In this document: positions 32,037-40,715 of the stretch, one piece after another
Layout of the letters: every line of letters starts with the position of its first letter
Numbering within the stretch: position 1 is the first letter of the stretch
Position numbers and translations under genes: made by a program
Assembly: GCA_050173015.1 (NCBI GenBank)
Contig: JBFXLE010000001.1
Span: forward strand, 128,001 to 192,000
Source of the DNA: Calditrichaceae bacterium
GTDB taxonomy: Bacteria; Calditrichota; Calditrichia; Calditrichales; JBFXGD01
Length of the DNA stretch: 64,000 nt
Reading direction: 5' to 3'
The notes under the pieces: model-generated
Seen by the model: only the letters and a program-made list of their open reading frames with translations
Database searches by the model: none
What the model was told of the DNA's origin: nothing

Positions 32037-32480
32037 TTAGAAGGGAAGATCATCCGATTCATGTCCATCGTCCGCGGACGGTTTCTCTGAAACCTTGCTG
32101 TCATCCGAAGCAGGTTCATCCTGATATGTGGATTCACTATCACCTTTTGAGCCCAGAAGCTGCAGGTTAAGGGCAATAATCTCGGTTTTGTACTTTTTTT
32201 GGCCTTGCTGGTCTTCCCAACTGCTTGTTTGCAGGCGCCCTTCCAGATAAACTAATTTACCCTTTTTTAAATACTCACCGACAAATTCAGCCGTTTTCCC
32301 AAAAGTAACGATGTTGTGCCATTCGGTTTTATCCGTCCATGAACCTTCGGCATCCTTTTGGCCGTGATTTGTGGCAACAGAAAAGCTCGCGATTGCAGTT
32401 CCGCCGGGCGAATACCGCATATCAGGGTCTTGGCCAAGGCGACCGATGATAATCGCTTTGTTCACAGTTCCTCGTGACAT
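32037..32480 (-). CDS. ssb: single-stranded DNA-binding protein
   Basis: VNKAIIIGRLGQDP, TEWHNI, C-terminal DDLPF. Confidence 0.96.
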   Translation of the reverse strand: MSRGTVNKAIIIGRLGQDPDMRYSPGGTAIASFSVATNHGQKDAEGSWTDKTEWHNIVTFGKTAEFVGEYLKKGKLVYLEGRLQTSSWEDQQGQKKYKTEIIALNLQLLGSKGDSESTYQDEPASDDSKVSEKPSADDGHESDDLPF

Positions 32481-32522
32481 GAGTCCTCCAATGTTGGTTT
32501 AAATTTGATAGATAGGTTATTT

Positions 32523-32567
32523 AGAAAAATAGCCTCAGAACAGAATAAGACAAGTTCAGAGGCTATT
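32523..32567 (-). terminator. intrinsic terminator downstream of the peptide array
   Basis: AATAGCCTC...GAGGCTATT stem followed by a T-run on the minus strand. Confidence 0.7.
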
Positions 32568-32632
32568 AAAGTTAAAAAAATTATCAAAAAATACAAGTTA
32601 AAATATTTTAATTGACATTTACTTTCCGATCC

Positions 32633-32788
32633 TTAAGGTTTCGGGCGCGGAGGCGGAGGTAAAGGAACAATAGTGGCGAATTCAGCGCCGGATCTTGGGC
32701 TTGCATCCGTAGTTGCCGTACTCAGTATGGTCATAAAAATGGCCGCTGCGAAAACGAAGGTTACTATTATTGCTGCAATCTTTTTCAT
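32633..32788 (-). CDS. 51-aa exported proline-rich peptide, copy 1
   Basis: AAGGAG RBS then MKKIAAIIVTFVFAAAIFMTILSTATTDASPRSGAEFATIVPLPPPPRPKP; differs from copy 2 only at synonymous sites. Confidence 0.85.
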   Translation of the reverse strand: MKKIAAIIVTFVFAAAIFMTILSTATTDASPRSGAEFATIVPLPPPPRPKP

Positions 32789-32840
32789 GTGATAACTCCT
32801 TAAGACAGTGTTGTTGTAATTCATTCAATAAACCGTTTGA

Positions 32841-32996
32841 TTATGGTTTTGGGCGCGGAGGCGGAGGTAAAGGAACAATAGTGGCAAATTCAGCGCCGGA
32901 TCTTGGGCTTGCATCCGTAGTTGCTGTACTCAGTATGGTCATAAAAATGGCCGCTGCGAAAACAAAGGTTACTATAATTGCTGCAATCTTTTTCAT
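32841..32996 (-). CDS. 51-aa exported proline-rich peptide, copy 2
   Basis: Same RBS, identical protein to copy 1, 208-bp period. Confidence 0.85.
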   Translation of the reverse strand: MKKIAAIIVTFVFAAAIFMTILSTATTDASPRSGAEFATIVPLPPPPRPKP

Positions 32997-33048
32997 GTGA
33001 TAACTCCTTAATACAGTGTTGTTGTAATTCATTCAATGAACCGTTTGA

Positions 33049-33204
33049 TTATGGTTTTGGGCGCGGAGGCGGAGGTAAAGGAACAATAGTGGCGAATTCA
33101 GCGCCGGATTTTGGGCTTCCGTTTGTTGATGCTACGTCCACAACCGTGAAAACGATTGCTGCCGCAAATACCAATGCGACAATGAGGGAGGCCAACTTTT
33201 TCAT
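33049..33204 (-). CDS. 51-aa exported proline-rich peptide, copy 3
   Basis: AAGGAG RBS then MKKLASLIVALVFAAAIVFTVVDVASTNGSPKSGAEFATIVPLPPPPRPKP; last 19 aa identical to copies 1 and 2. Confidence 0.85.
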   Translation of the reverse strand: MKKLASLIVALVFAAAIVFTVVDVASTNGSPKSGAEFATIVPLPPPPRPKP

Positions 33205-33299
33205 GTGATAACTCCTTTGTTGGGGGTGTGATTTGTATTTATGAAAAGAAAAGTAATTCCGTGAATAGGGGGCTGATAAACAGAAATAGTATGTCATGG

Positions 33300-33660
33300 A
33301 TCAGATCTTTCTTACAGCAATTTTGTAATTAAAAGATCCATCTAAAAATTGGGGGCTTCCGTGCGGGTAACAGGTTTAATTGAATAAATTAACTGTTATT
33401 TGAATCATCTCTGAATATTATCAGATCTTCCATACAGCAGTTCTGTAATTTAAAGATCCATCTAAAAATTGGGGGCTTCCGTGCGGGTAACAGGTTTAAT
33501 TGAATAAATTACCTGTTATTAGAATCGTCTCTGATTATTATCAGATCTTCCATACAGCAGTTCTGTAATTTAAAGATCCATCTAAAATTTTAAGGCTTCC
33601 GTGCGGTGAACAGGTTTAATTGAATAATTTACCTGTTAATTGAATCGTCGCTGATTATTA
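33300..33660. repeat. 3 x 120-bp tandem repeat with internal hairpins
   Basis: Units start at 33301, 33421 and 33541 and align without gaps; each carries two inverted repeats. Confidence 0.95.
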
Positions 33661-33847
33661 AATGAGTAGGACTAACCGGGATAATACTGCAAATCCAGGT
33701 TCTGTTGTCATGAAATTCAATGATACTGTATCTTTCAGGAAATTGGTTCTGAAGAATTTGGCGGATATCTGAGACGCATGAAAATGTCTGAACGATCAGA
33801 AAAAAAAGTGATATGGCAAATATAATAGGTTTTAGCAGTTCCCGCAT
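33629..33847 (-). CDS. putative 72-aa small protein with hydrophobic N-terminus
   Basis: GGAG 6 nt upstream of ATG; signal-like MRELLKPIIFAISLFFLIVQTFSC; ends inside the repeat. Confidence 0.4.
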   Translation of the reverse strand: MRELLKPIIFAISLFFLIVQTFSCVSDIRQILQNQFPERYSIIEFHDNRTWICSIIPVSPTHLIISDDSINR

Positions 33848-33963
33848 CCCTGTCTCCAGTTGCTTAACGAGAACCTTCCGTGGTTGGATTTGACTTCCCT
33901 GGTGAGCTCAATATGAGCAGTAAAAGTCGAACAGTACGTGAGTCGACATAAATGATTTATAAG

Positions 33964-33991
33964 AATATAATTAATACATGTGAAAATGCAA
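33964..33991 (-). promoter_or_regulatory. possible sigma70 promoter for the peptide island
   Basis: Minus strand TTGCAT-16 nt-TATATT; same -35 hexamer as the heme promoter. Confidence 0.35.
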
Positions 33992-34130
33992 TAATTAATA
34001 TCTATATTATTGACATTTTAGTCACTTCCCATAAGCGCATTTAATTTAATTTTTTTATACCGCGGTTAAAACTTTGTTATAAAATTAATATTTTGCTAAA
34101 TTTAAGTCTTTGATCGGATACTACAGGAAA

Positions 34131-34631
34131 ATGGATCTATCTGTGAAAAATAATGAGAATATCTTGGCACAAAGGATTTTAATCACAGGTTTTACGCTGT
34201 TGTCGGTCTGGATGCTCATGTTATCTTTTGCCCCGATGTTAATGAACAGCGGTTCTTATGCGGCGCAGTACGCGGCGACCATCGTATATTTTATGACGGA
34301 TCCTGTTTGTCATCAGCTGCCGGAACGAAGTCTGTTTATTTCAGGAATACCCATGCCCGTGTGCGCGCGTTGCTATTTTATATATCTGGGTGGGTGGACG
34401 ACATTCCTGATCCCTGTTTTTAGCGGGAAAATCAATTTTTGGCGTTACAGAGTATATTTGATCATGGGGATAATTATTTTAGCGGAATTTGTATCTGAAA
34501 AAACCGGTCTTTACCAAAATTTGGCCGGGATACGGATGATCGCGGGATTCTTATTGGGAATACTGATATTCAGATTAATTATTGAAGCATTAAATTTGAA
34601 TGAACAAAGAGGGACAGAGGAAAATGGATAA
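34131..34631 (+). CDS. DUF2085-like membrane protein
   Basis: VCHQLPERSLF...MPVCARC signature; ATG 34131 preferred. Confidence 0.8.
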   Translation: MDLSVKNNENILAQRILITGFTLLSVWMLMLSFAPMLMNSGSYAAQYAATIVYFMTDPVCHQLPERSLFISGIPMPVCARCYFIYLGGWTTFLIPVFSGKINFWRYRVYLIMGIIILAEFVSEKTGLYQNLAGIRMIAGFLLGILIFRLIIEALNLNEQRGTEENG

Positions 34632-35118
34632 CAGGATTCTATACCAGGGAGCGGTGCTTGGCGGTACCGTGGCGGCTCTGACCGACGCTTTGCCGCTGCT
34701 AAATATTATTAATTGTCTTTGTTGTTTGGGAATTATATCAGGCGGGGTGGTGGCAGTCCTTTTTTACCGTAAAACGGCAGAACCCGAATACAGGGATCTC
34801 AATACGCCTTCCACGGTGCAGCTTGGGTTGATGGCCGGTCTGTTCGGCGCATTTATCTCCTTTGGACTGCAATATATCGTGTTTAAAATAATGGGAAACT
34901 GGCAGATAGAATTGCTGACAAATATGTTTGAAAATTTGGATGAAGTACCGGCTTTATGGGAAAATCTATATGAAGAAATTCAGAAGGAAGAATACCAGGG
35001 TTTTGCGGGAATGGCCATACTCATCCGCTCACTGATTATATTTCCTGTATTTTCTCTGATAGGCGCACTGATTACAAAGCGTTTTATGGGAAGAAAACAG
35101 GAGTCATCGGGTAGTTAA
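34624..35118 (+). CDS. hypothetical membrane protein
   Basis: Four hydrophobic segments, NCLCC motif; overlaps the DUF2085 stop. Confidence 0.7.
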   Translation: MDNRILYQGAVLGGTVAALTDALPLLNIINCLCCLGIISGGVVAVLFYRKTAEPEYRDLNTPSTVQLGLMAGLFGAFISFGLQYIVFKIMGNWQIELLTNMFENLDEVPALWENLYEEIQKEEYQGFAGMAILIRSLIIFPVFSLIGALITKRFMGRKQESSGS

Positions 35119-35126
35119 GAAAGTTT

Positions 35127-36203
35127 CTATTTTTCTGTCGCGACCTCTTCCAGGCGTTCAGAATGATAGGCAAGCCTTAATCCTTCAATCAACTCGTAGA
35201 TCTCACCTTCCATTACCCGGTCCAGCTTGTATAAAGTTAAACCGATGCGGTGGTCAGTAACGCGACCCTGAGGAAAATTGTAGGTTCTGATTTTAGCGCT
35301 TCTGTCACCTGAGCCTACCATGGATTTTCTTTGCGCGGCAATGGTACTGTTATGTTCGGAGATTGCTTGATCCAGTAAGCGGCTGCGAAGCACTTTAAGA
35401 GCTTTTGTTTTGTTTTTTAACTGAGATTTCTCGTCCTGGCAGGAAACCACAATTCCCGTAGGAACATGGGTGATGCGTACGGCGGAATCGGTAGTGTTGA
35501 CACTTTGTCCGCCCGGCCCGCTTGATCTGAAAACATCAATTCTCAGTTCATTGGGGTCAATTTCAATGTCAACTTCCTCCGCCTCGGGCAAAACAACAAC
35601 CGAAACAGCGGATGTATGAACCCGGCCCTGGGTTTCTGTGTCCGGAACACGTTGCACCCGATGCACACCGCTTTCAAACTTGAGTGTCCCATAGGTGCTG
35701 TCTCCCTCAATCGAGAAAATGATTTCCTTAAATCCGCCTCTTTCTGAAGGATTGGAATTCATAATTTCAATTTTCAGTCCATTGGCTTCACAAAATTTAC
35801 TATACATTCGGTAAAGATCGCCGGCAAATATAGCGGCTTCATCGCCACCGGTGCCGGCCCTGATTTCCATAATGGCATTTTTGTGGTCATCAGGATCCTT
35901 TGGAATAAGAAGCATTTTTAATTTTTCTTCGAATTGCTCAATTTGTTCAGACAAATCTTCGAGCTCCGCCTCCGCGAGCTCAATGAGTTCCGGGTCGCTT
36001 TCGCCGGAAATAATACTCTGATTGCCTTCATAATTGTTGAGAACAATTAAGTATGGATCACCGACATCCAGAATTTTTGTAAGTTCCCGATGTTCTCTGG
36101 CGAGCTCTTTGTACCGCGTTTGATCATTATGGATATCAGGATCAGAAAGCTGAATATTCAGCTTTTCGAATCTTTCTTTTATTTTAAGAATTTTATCTTT
36201 CAT
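35127..36203 (-). CDS. prfA: peptide chain release factor 1
   Basis: GGQ motif and RF1 PxT motif (VPDTET). Confidence 0.97.
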   Translation of the reverse strand: MKDKILKIKERFEKLNIQLSDPDIHNDQTRYKELAREHRELTKILDVGDPYLIVLNNYEGNQSIISGESDPELIELAEAELEDLSEQIEQFEEKLKMLLIPKDPDDHKNAIMEIRAGTGGDEAAIFAGDLYRMYSKFCEANGLKIEIMNSNPSERGGFKEIIFSIEGDSTYGTLKFESGVHRVQRVPDTETQGRVHTSAVSVVVLPEAEEVDIEIDPNELRIDVFRSSGPGGQSVNTTDSAVRITHVPTGIVVSCQDEKSQLKNKTKALKVLRSRLLDQAISEHNSTIAAQRKSMVGSGDRSAKIRTYNFPQGRVTDHRIGLTLYKLDRVMEGEIYELIEGLRLAYHSERLEEVATEK

Positions 36204-36213
36204 GTTGTTACCC

Positions 36214-37224
36214 TTAAAGAGAAGCCGCGATAACTGTTGAACGGATCACAGGATCATTCACCAGGTCACTCTTATAGTCATCCCCGAGCGCGGCCTGCAA
36301 TGCGGCTATGGCTACTTCAAGCTGCTCGTCATCCGGTGGACTGGTTGTGATGCGCTGTAAGCCCAATACCGGAGCGATAAGCGCCTGTACAACAGGATGA
36401 TTTGTATTGTTGGCAGAAGCCTTTAACGCTTCGTAACTCAATCCCCCTACAAAAGGGATCAGGGGCAGATGGGTCAGTATTCTGATCAAAAAATTTATAT
36501 CCCCGTACCACATCATGACCATCGTATCTACAAAAGCAAAAAACAACAGGCTGACAAGCATGACGATGACCAGAAAACTGGTCCCGCAGCGGGGGTGAAA
36601 TGTGGTGTATTTTTGAGCGTTTTCAGGAGAAAGAGTGACTTTGTCCTCAAAGGCAAAAATGGTTTTGTGCTCCGCGCCGTGGTACTGGAATAGTCTTTTT
36701 ATATCCGGCATAAACGAAATGCCCCAGACATATAAAAGAAAAAACAAAATTCTTATCGCACCGGCGGTAAAATTGAAGGTGATGGCCTGTTTCTCGATAT
36801 TGAAGACCACTGTAGTAATATAGAGCGGAAGAACAAAAAAGACGGCCGTTCCAATGAGCAGGGCGATAGAAACCGAAAAAATAGCGCTTAAAGTAGACAT
36901 CCCTTTTTTACCGTTTTTCTTCGTCTTTTTACCTTCTTTTTCTTCTCTCTCATTTATATCTTCCATGGCCTTGTCCGCGGACCATTGAAGTGTTTTGATT
37001 CCCAGAATCATCACCTCAATGAGCATAATCGCGCCCCGGATAATCGGAATATTAAGAATTTTTTTACGCTGCACCAATGACTGATATTCATTGACAAGAA
37101 TTTCAATATTGCCGTTTGCTCTGCGAATCGCTGTGGCGATGCGTTTTGGTGACCGCATCATGACACCTTCAATGACTGCCTGACCACCGACGGGCATTAT
37201 TTTTTCTTCTGACGCCTGATTCAT
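36214..37224 (-). CDS. DUF1385 family protein
   Basis: [27 protein letters not shown]; typical rpmE-prfA neighbour. Confidence 0.88.
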   Translation of the reverse strand: MNQASEEKIMPVGGQAVIEGVMMRSPKRIATAIRRANGNIEILVNEYQSLVQRKKILNIPIIRGAIMLIEVMILGIKTLQWSADKAMEDINEREEKEGKKTKKNGKKGMSTLSAIFSVSIALLIGTAVFFVLPLYITTVVFNIEKQAITFNFTAGAIRILFFLLYVWGISFMPDIKRLFQYHGAEHKTIFAFEDKVTLSPENAQKYTTFHPRCGTSFLVIVMLVSLLFFAFVDTMVMMWYGDINFLIRILTHLPLIPFVGGLSYEALKASANNTNHPVVQALIAPVLGLQRITTSPPDDEQLEVAIAALQAALGDDYKSDLVNDPVIRSTVIAASL

Positions 37225-37250
37225 AAAAATTACACCTTGAAAATTAAACC

Positions 37251-37294
37251 AAAAAAAAACGGAATGATATGGAACTCCATTGCATCCCGTTTTT
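37251..37294 (-). terminator. intrinsic terminator after rpmE
   Basis: Minus strand ACGGGATG..ATGGA-GT-TCCAT..CATTCCGT plus T-tract. Confidence 0.65.
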
Positions 37295-37326
37295 AAATTT
37301 CATATACAACCCTTTGCAGGGGACGA

Positions 37327-37530
37327 TTATTTGCGATTGTATTTCTTCATAAATTTTTCAACACGACCTGCAGAGTCAACCAGCTTTTGTTTGCCGGTAT
37401 AAAACGGATGACAATTTGAACAAATTTCCACTTTCAAATCGCCAACGACTGAGCGTGTTTCAAATGTGTTTCCACAAGCGCAACTCACCGTACCTACTTT
37501 ATAATCCGGATGGATATCTTTTTTCATCAT
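37327..37530 (-). CDS. rpmE: 50S ribosomal protein L31 (Zn-binding type)
   Basis: [27 protein letters not shown]. Confidence 0.97.
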   Translation of the reverse strand: MMKKDIHPDYKVGTVSCACGNTFETRSVVGDLKVEICSNCHPFYTGKQKLVDSAGRVEKFMKKYNRK

Positions 37531-37604
37531 ACACCTCCTAGAGCCCTTGAAATTGAATCTCGTAATATAATATGATTTTTTTGGAATTTCAAGCTCTATT
37601 CATA

Positions 37605-38855
37605 TCAGGAACTCATAGAACGTAAAAATTCTTTATTGTTTTTTGTGTCACGCATCTTGTCAAGCAGGAATTCCATGCCTTCGATGATATTCATTTCATT
37701 GAGAAGTTTTCTCAATATCCAGATACGCGCCAGCTCTTCACGGCTGAGAAGGAGTTCTTCTTTTCTGGTACCCGATTTATTAATATCAATTGATGGGAAG
37801 AATCTTCTATCAGACAGACGGCGGTCGAGAACCAATTCCATATTGCCTGTTCCTTTGAATTCTTCAAAGATAACCTCATCCATTCTGGAGCCGGTGTCGA
37901 TCAAAGCGGTGGCAATGATAGTAAGGCTGCCGCCTTCTTCGACATTACGGGCAGATCCGAAGAAACGTTTTGGTTTTTGTAGCGCATTGGAATCAACACC
38001 ACCGGAGAGAATCTTGCCGCTATGCGGGACAACCGTATTATGAGCGCGGGCCAGACGGGTTATACTGTCTAACAGAATCACAACGTCTTTTTTGTATTCT
38101 ACAAGACGCTTGGCCTTCTCAAGCACCATATCCGCAACCTGAACGTGGCGCTCCGCGGGCTCGTCAAAGGTAGAACTAACAACTTCTGCGTTTACTGATC
38201 TTTCCATGTCGGTAACTTCTTCAGGACGCTCATCGATGAGCAGTACCATTAATTCGACTTCCGGCTGATTTTTAGTAATGGCGTTGGCGATTTTCTGCAG
38301 AAGAATAGTTTTACCGGTTCTCGGCTGGGCGACAATCAGTCCGCGCTGACCTTTGCCGATGGGGGTTAATAAATTCATTATTCGTGTGGAGTAGTCACTG
38401 CGGTCGGTCTCGAGTTCGATTCGCTGCAGAGGATAGAGCGGTGTAAGTGTGTCGAAAAGGTTGCGTGATCTGGCTTTATCCGGGCTTTCAAAATTAACGG
38501 CCTCCACGCGCAATAGCGCGAAGAAACGTTCATTATCCTTGGGGGGGCGAATCTGTCCGCTTACGGTATCTCCGGTTCTTAGCCCAAACCGTTTGATCTG
38601 AGATGGAGATATATAGATATCGTCGGGACCGGGGAGATAACTATAATTTTGTGAACGAAGGAATCCGTAGCCGTCCGGCAAAATTTCCAGCACACCCTTC
38701 GAAAAAATTAATCCTTCCTGAGCTGTCTGCTCTTCTAAAATGCGAAATATCAATTCCGCTTTTTTTAGACCGGAGAATCCGGTTATATTCATATCTTGAG
38801 CAATCTTTGTCAGCTCAGTGATTTTTTTGTCTTTTAATTCTTCAATGTCTAACAT
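37605..38855 (-). CDS. rho: transcription termination factor Rho
   Basis: [39 protein letters not shown]. Confidence 0.98.
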   Translation of the reverse strand: MLDIEELKDKKITELTKIAQDMNITGFSGLKKAELIFRILEEQTAQEGLIFSKGVLEILPDGYGFLRSQNYSYLPGPDDIYISPSQIKRFGLRTGDTVSGQIRPPKDNERFFALLRVEAVNFESPDKARSRNLFDTLTPLYPLQRIELETDRSDYSTRIMNLLTPIGKGQRGLIVAQPRTGKTILLQKIANAITKNQPEVELMVLLIDERPEEVTDMERSVNAEVVSSTFDEPAERHVQVADMVLEKAKRLVEYKKDVVILLDSITRLARAHNTVVPHSGKILSGGVDSNALQKPKRFFGSARNVEEGGSLTIIATALIDTGSRMDEVIFEEFKGTGNMELVLDRRLSDRRFFPSIDINKSGTRKEELLLSREELARIWILRKLLNEMNIIEGMEFLLDKMRDTKNNKEFLRSMSS

Positions 38856-38999
38856 CAGGTGAACCTTTCAATTTTGATAAAAATAAATTGATTTCTGATT
38901 TCAATTCCAGTCTAATCTGATACTTTCTATGTACGGGAAAGAGTTATTAAATCAAGGTTTTAAAATAGAAATGATCCTAAATTTAGTTTCTGTTTGAAA

Positions 39000-40289
39000 T
39001 TAAGTCAAATTGAATTTATTTAAATATGGTCCTATTAAATAATGACTTCCGGCAACAAGCAGAACATCATCTTCATTTTGCTGTTTTTTTGAGAATTCGA
39101 ACGCTTTGTGCAAATCTTTAATAAAATGTGTATTTTGATTGTTTTGTGTGAATAAATTGTGCAAAACATCGCCATCCATTTTTCTCTCTGTATCCGGTTC
39201 CGTGATGACAATTAACCGCGCTTTTCCGGAAAGGTACTTTACGATATCCTCAAATTGTTTATCCCGGACCAGACCGAGCAAAAGAATAAATTTTTCAGGA
39301 GCAACCAAAGTCAGCATAAAATCAACTGTTCTTCTGATACCGTCCCTGTTATGGCTTACGTCAAAAATGATGCGCGGTTGCTTTTGCATAACCTGCAATC
39401 TACCTTCCCATGTGGCTGACGTCAAAGTATCCCTGAATTTTTTTTCTGAAAATTTAATGTTCTTTGAACTGAGAAAATGTCGGCAAACAAGGTAAGCCAG
39501 TGCGATATTGTTTAATTGAAAATTTCCAACCTGCCGGGTATATAAATTCCCGATCGTCTCCTGATTAAGTTTATCTTTCAAATCAAAATTTGTTCCGTCC
39601 AGCGAAATATCATTGATCTCGCAGGTCACCCAGTCTCTCAGAGCATAAAGCTTGTTCGATGACTTTAGTCTTTCTTCTATATAATGAAATGTTTCTTCAT
39701 GTTGTTCCGCGGAAAATACAAATGCTCCATCTTTTATAATTCCGGTTTTTTCAAAAACGATCTCTTTTAACGTATAACCCAATTGAATCTCATGATCAAA
39801 ATCGATAGGAGTGAGAACAGCAGTTTCCGAATTGACAATATTTGTTGAATCAAGCCGGCCGCCAAGTCCGGTTTCGATAACGGCGACGTCAATTTGATTG
39901 ACCCTGAAATACTCAAACGCGAGAGCGGTAGTAGTGTCAAAGAAAGTCGCCTGTCTTTGCAACACAAGTTCCTTAGTTTTATCCCAAAAATCAATAATAA
40001 ATTTTTTATCGATTTTAATTCCGTTGACCCTGATTCTTTCTCTGAAATCCACTAAATGCGGGCTGGTGAACAAACCAACTTTTAAGCCCATCGCCTGTAA
40101 GAAAGATGCCGTAAAATAGGATGTTGATCCCTTTCCGTTCGTTCCGGCAACGTGAATTACCGGATAGCCAAGGTGCGGATTGGATAAAAATTCGCAAAGG
40201 GCTTTTATATTTGCCAATCCTAATTTGATCGCGAATTTTTGCAGATCATATAATTCTTTAATTGTAGTTGAATAAGGTGTTTTGTTCAC
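39000..40289 (-). CDS. folC: folylpolyglutamate/dihydrofolate synthase
   Basis: HVAGTNGKGST, TSPHL, ETGLGGRLDSTN, AGSHYL; GTG start. Confidence 0.94.
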   Translation of the reverse strand: MNKTPYSTTIKELYDLQKFAIKLGLANIKALCEFLSNPHLGYPVIHVAGTNGKGSTSYFTASFLQAMGLKVGLFTSPHLVDFRERIRVNGIKIDKKFIIDFWDKTKELVLQRQATFFDTTTALAFEYFRVNQIDVAVIETGLGGRLDSTNIVNSETAVLTPIDFDHEIQLGYTLKEIVFEKTGIIKDGAFVFSAEQHEETFHYIEERLKSSNKLYALRDWVTCEINDISLDGTNFDLKDKLNQETIGNLYTRQVGNFQLNNIALAYLVCRHFLSSKNIKFSEKKFRDTLTSATWEGRLQVMQKQPRIIFDVSHNRDGIRRTVDFMLTLVAPEKFILLLGLVRDKQFEDIVKYLSGKARLIVITEPDTERKMDGDVLHNLFTQNNQNTHFIKDLHKAFEFSKKQQNEDDVLLVAGSHYLIGPYLNKFNLT

Positions 40290-40292
40290 AGA

Positions 40293-40715
40293 CTAAATGA
40301 TTTTCCCAAGAATATATCCAATAACTATTCCAAATAACAGAACCACCGTCAGTATGCGGTAATTTACAACTTCGGATGTGTATCCCCGTTTAATGGCGAT
40401 GATAGATGCAAAATAACCAAGCGCATTGATCAGCCAGAACAACGGAAGCGCAAGGATTTTGGCAACTATAGGGCCGAAGATTGGGATAAGTCCGATGATG
40501 TTTAAAAGGCCGACAAATGCCTGCGAAATGATTCCAAAAATTACAACAGCGCTTCCAATTACCGTCTTATCTACATTATAATGAATGGAAACTACTACAA
40601 ACGTAACAATTATTATCCATGTTACGATGGTTTTCCAGAACGCTTTGAAGAAGAGTTTGAAAGTAATGGTATAATGCTTGATCTGCTTTAGGTTTTTTTT
40701 AGATTTCTTCAACAT
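40293..40715 (-). CDS. hypothetical membrane protein
   Basis: Basic N-terminus and ~4 TM segments; tightly packed between uppS and folC. Confidence 0.7.
   Translation of the reverse strand: MLKKSKKNLKQIKHYTITFKLFFKAFWKTIVTWIIIVTFVVVSIHYNVDKTVIGSAVVIFGIISQAFVGLLNIIGLIPIFGPIVAKILALPLFWLINALGYFASIIAIKRGYTSEVVNYRILTVVLLFGIVIGYILGKII

Noticed and set aside
32633-33204. RiPP precursor or SecM-like arrest peptide controlling ssb
   Set aside because: No modifying enzymes nearby and no Cys-rich core; a terminator separates the array from ssb. Not excluded but unsupported.
32770-33208. Plus-strand 76-aa ORFs (32770-33000, 32978-33208)
   Set aside because: Antisense shadows of the peptide genes; the RBS and synonymous-only changes support the minus strand
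32789-33297. Longer track starts for the peptides (63, 63 and 82 aa)
   Set aside because: All three copies share AAGGAG just before MKK, and the upstream extensions are not conserved in copy 3
33300-33660. CRISPR array interpretation of the 120-bp repeats
   Set aside because: Whole units are near-identical with no unique spacers, and no cas genes are in the window
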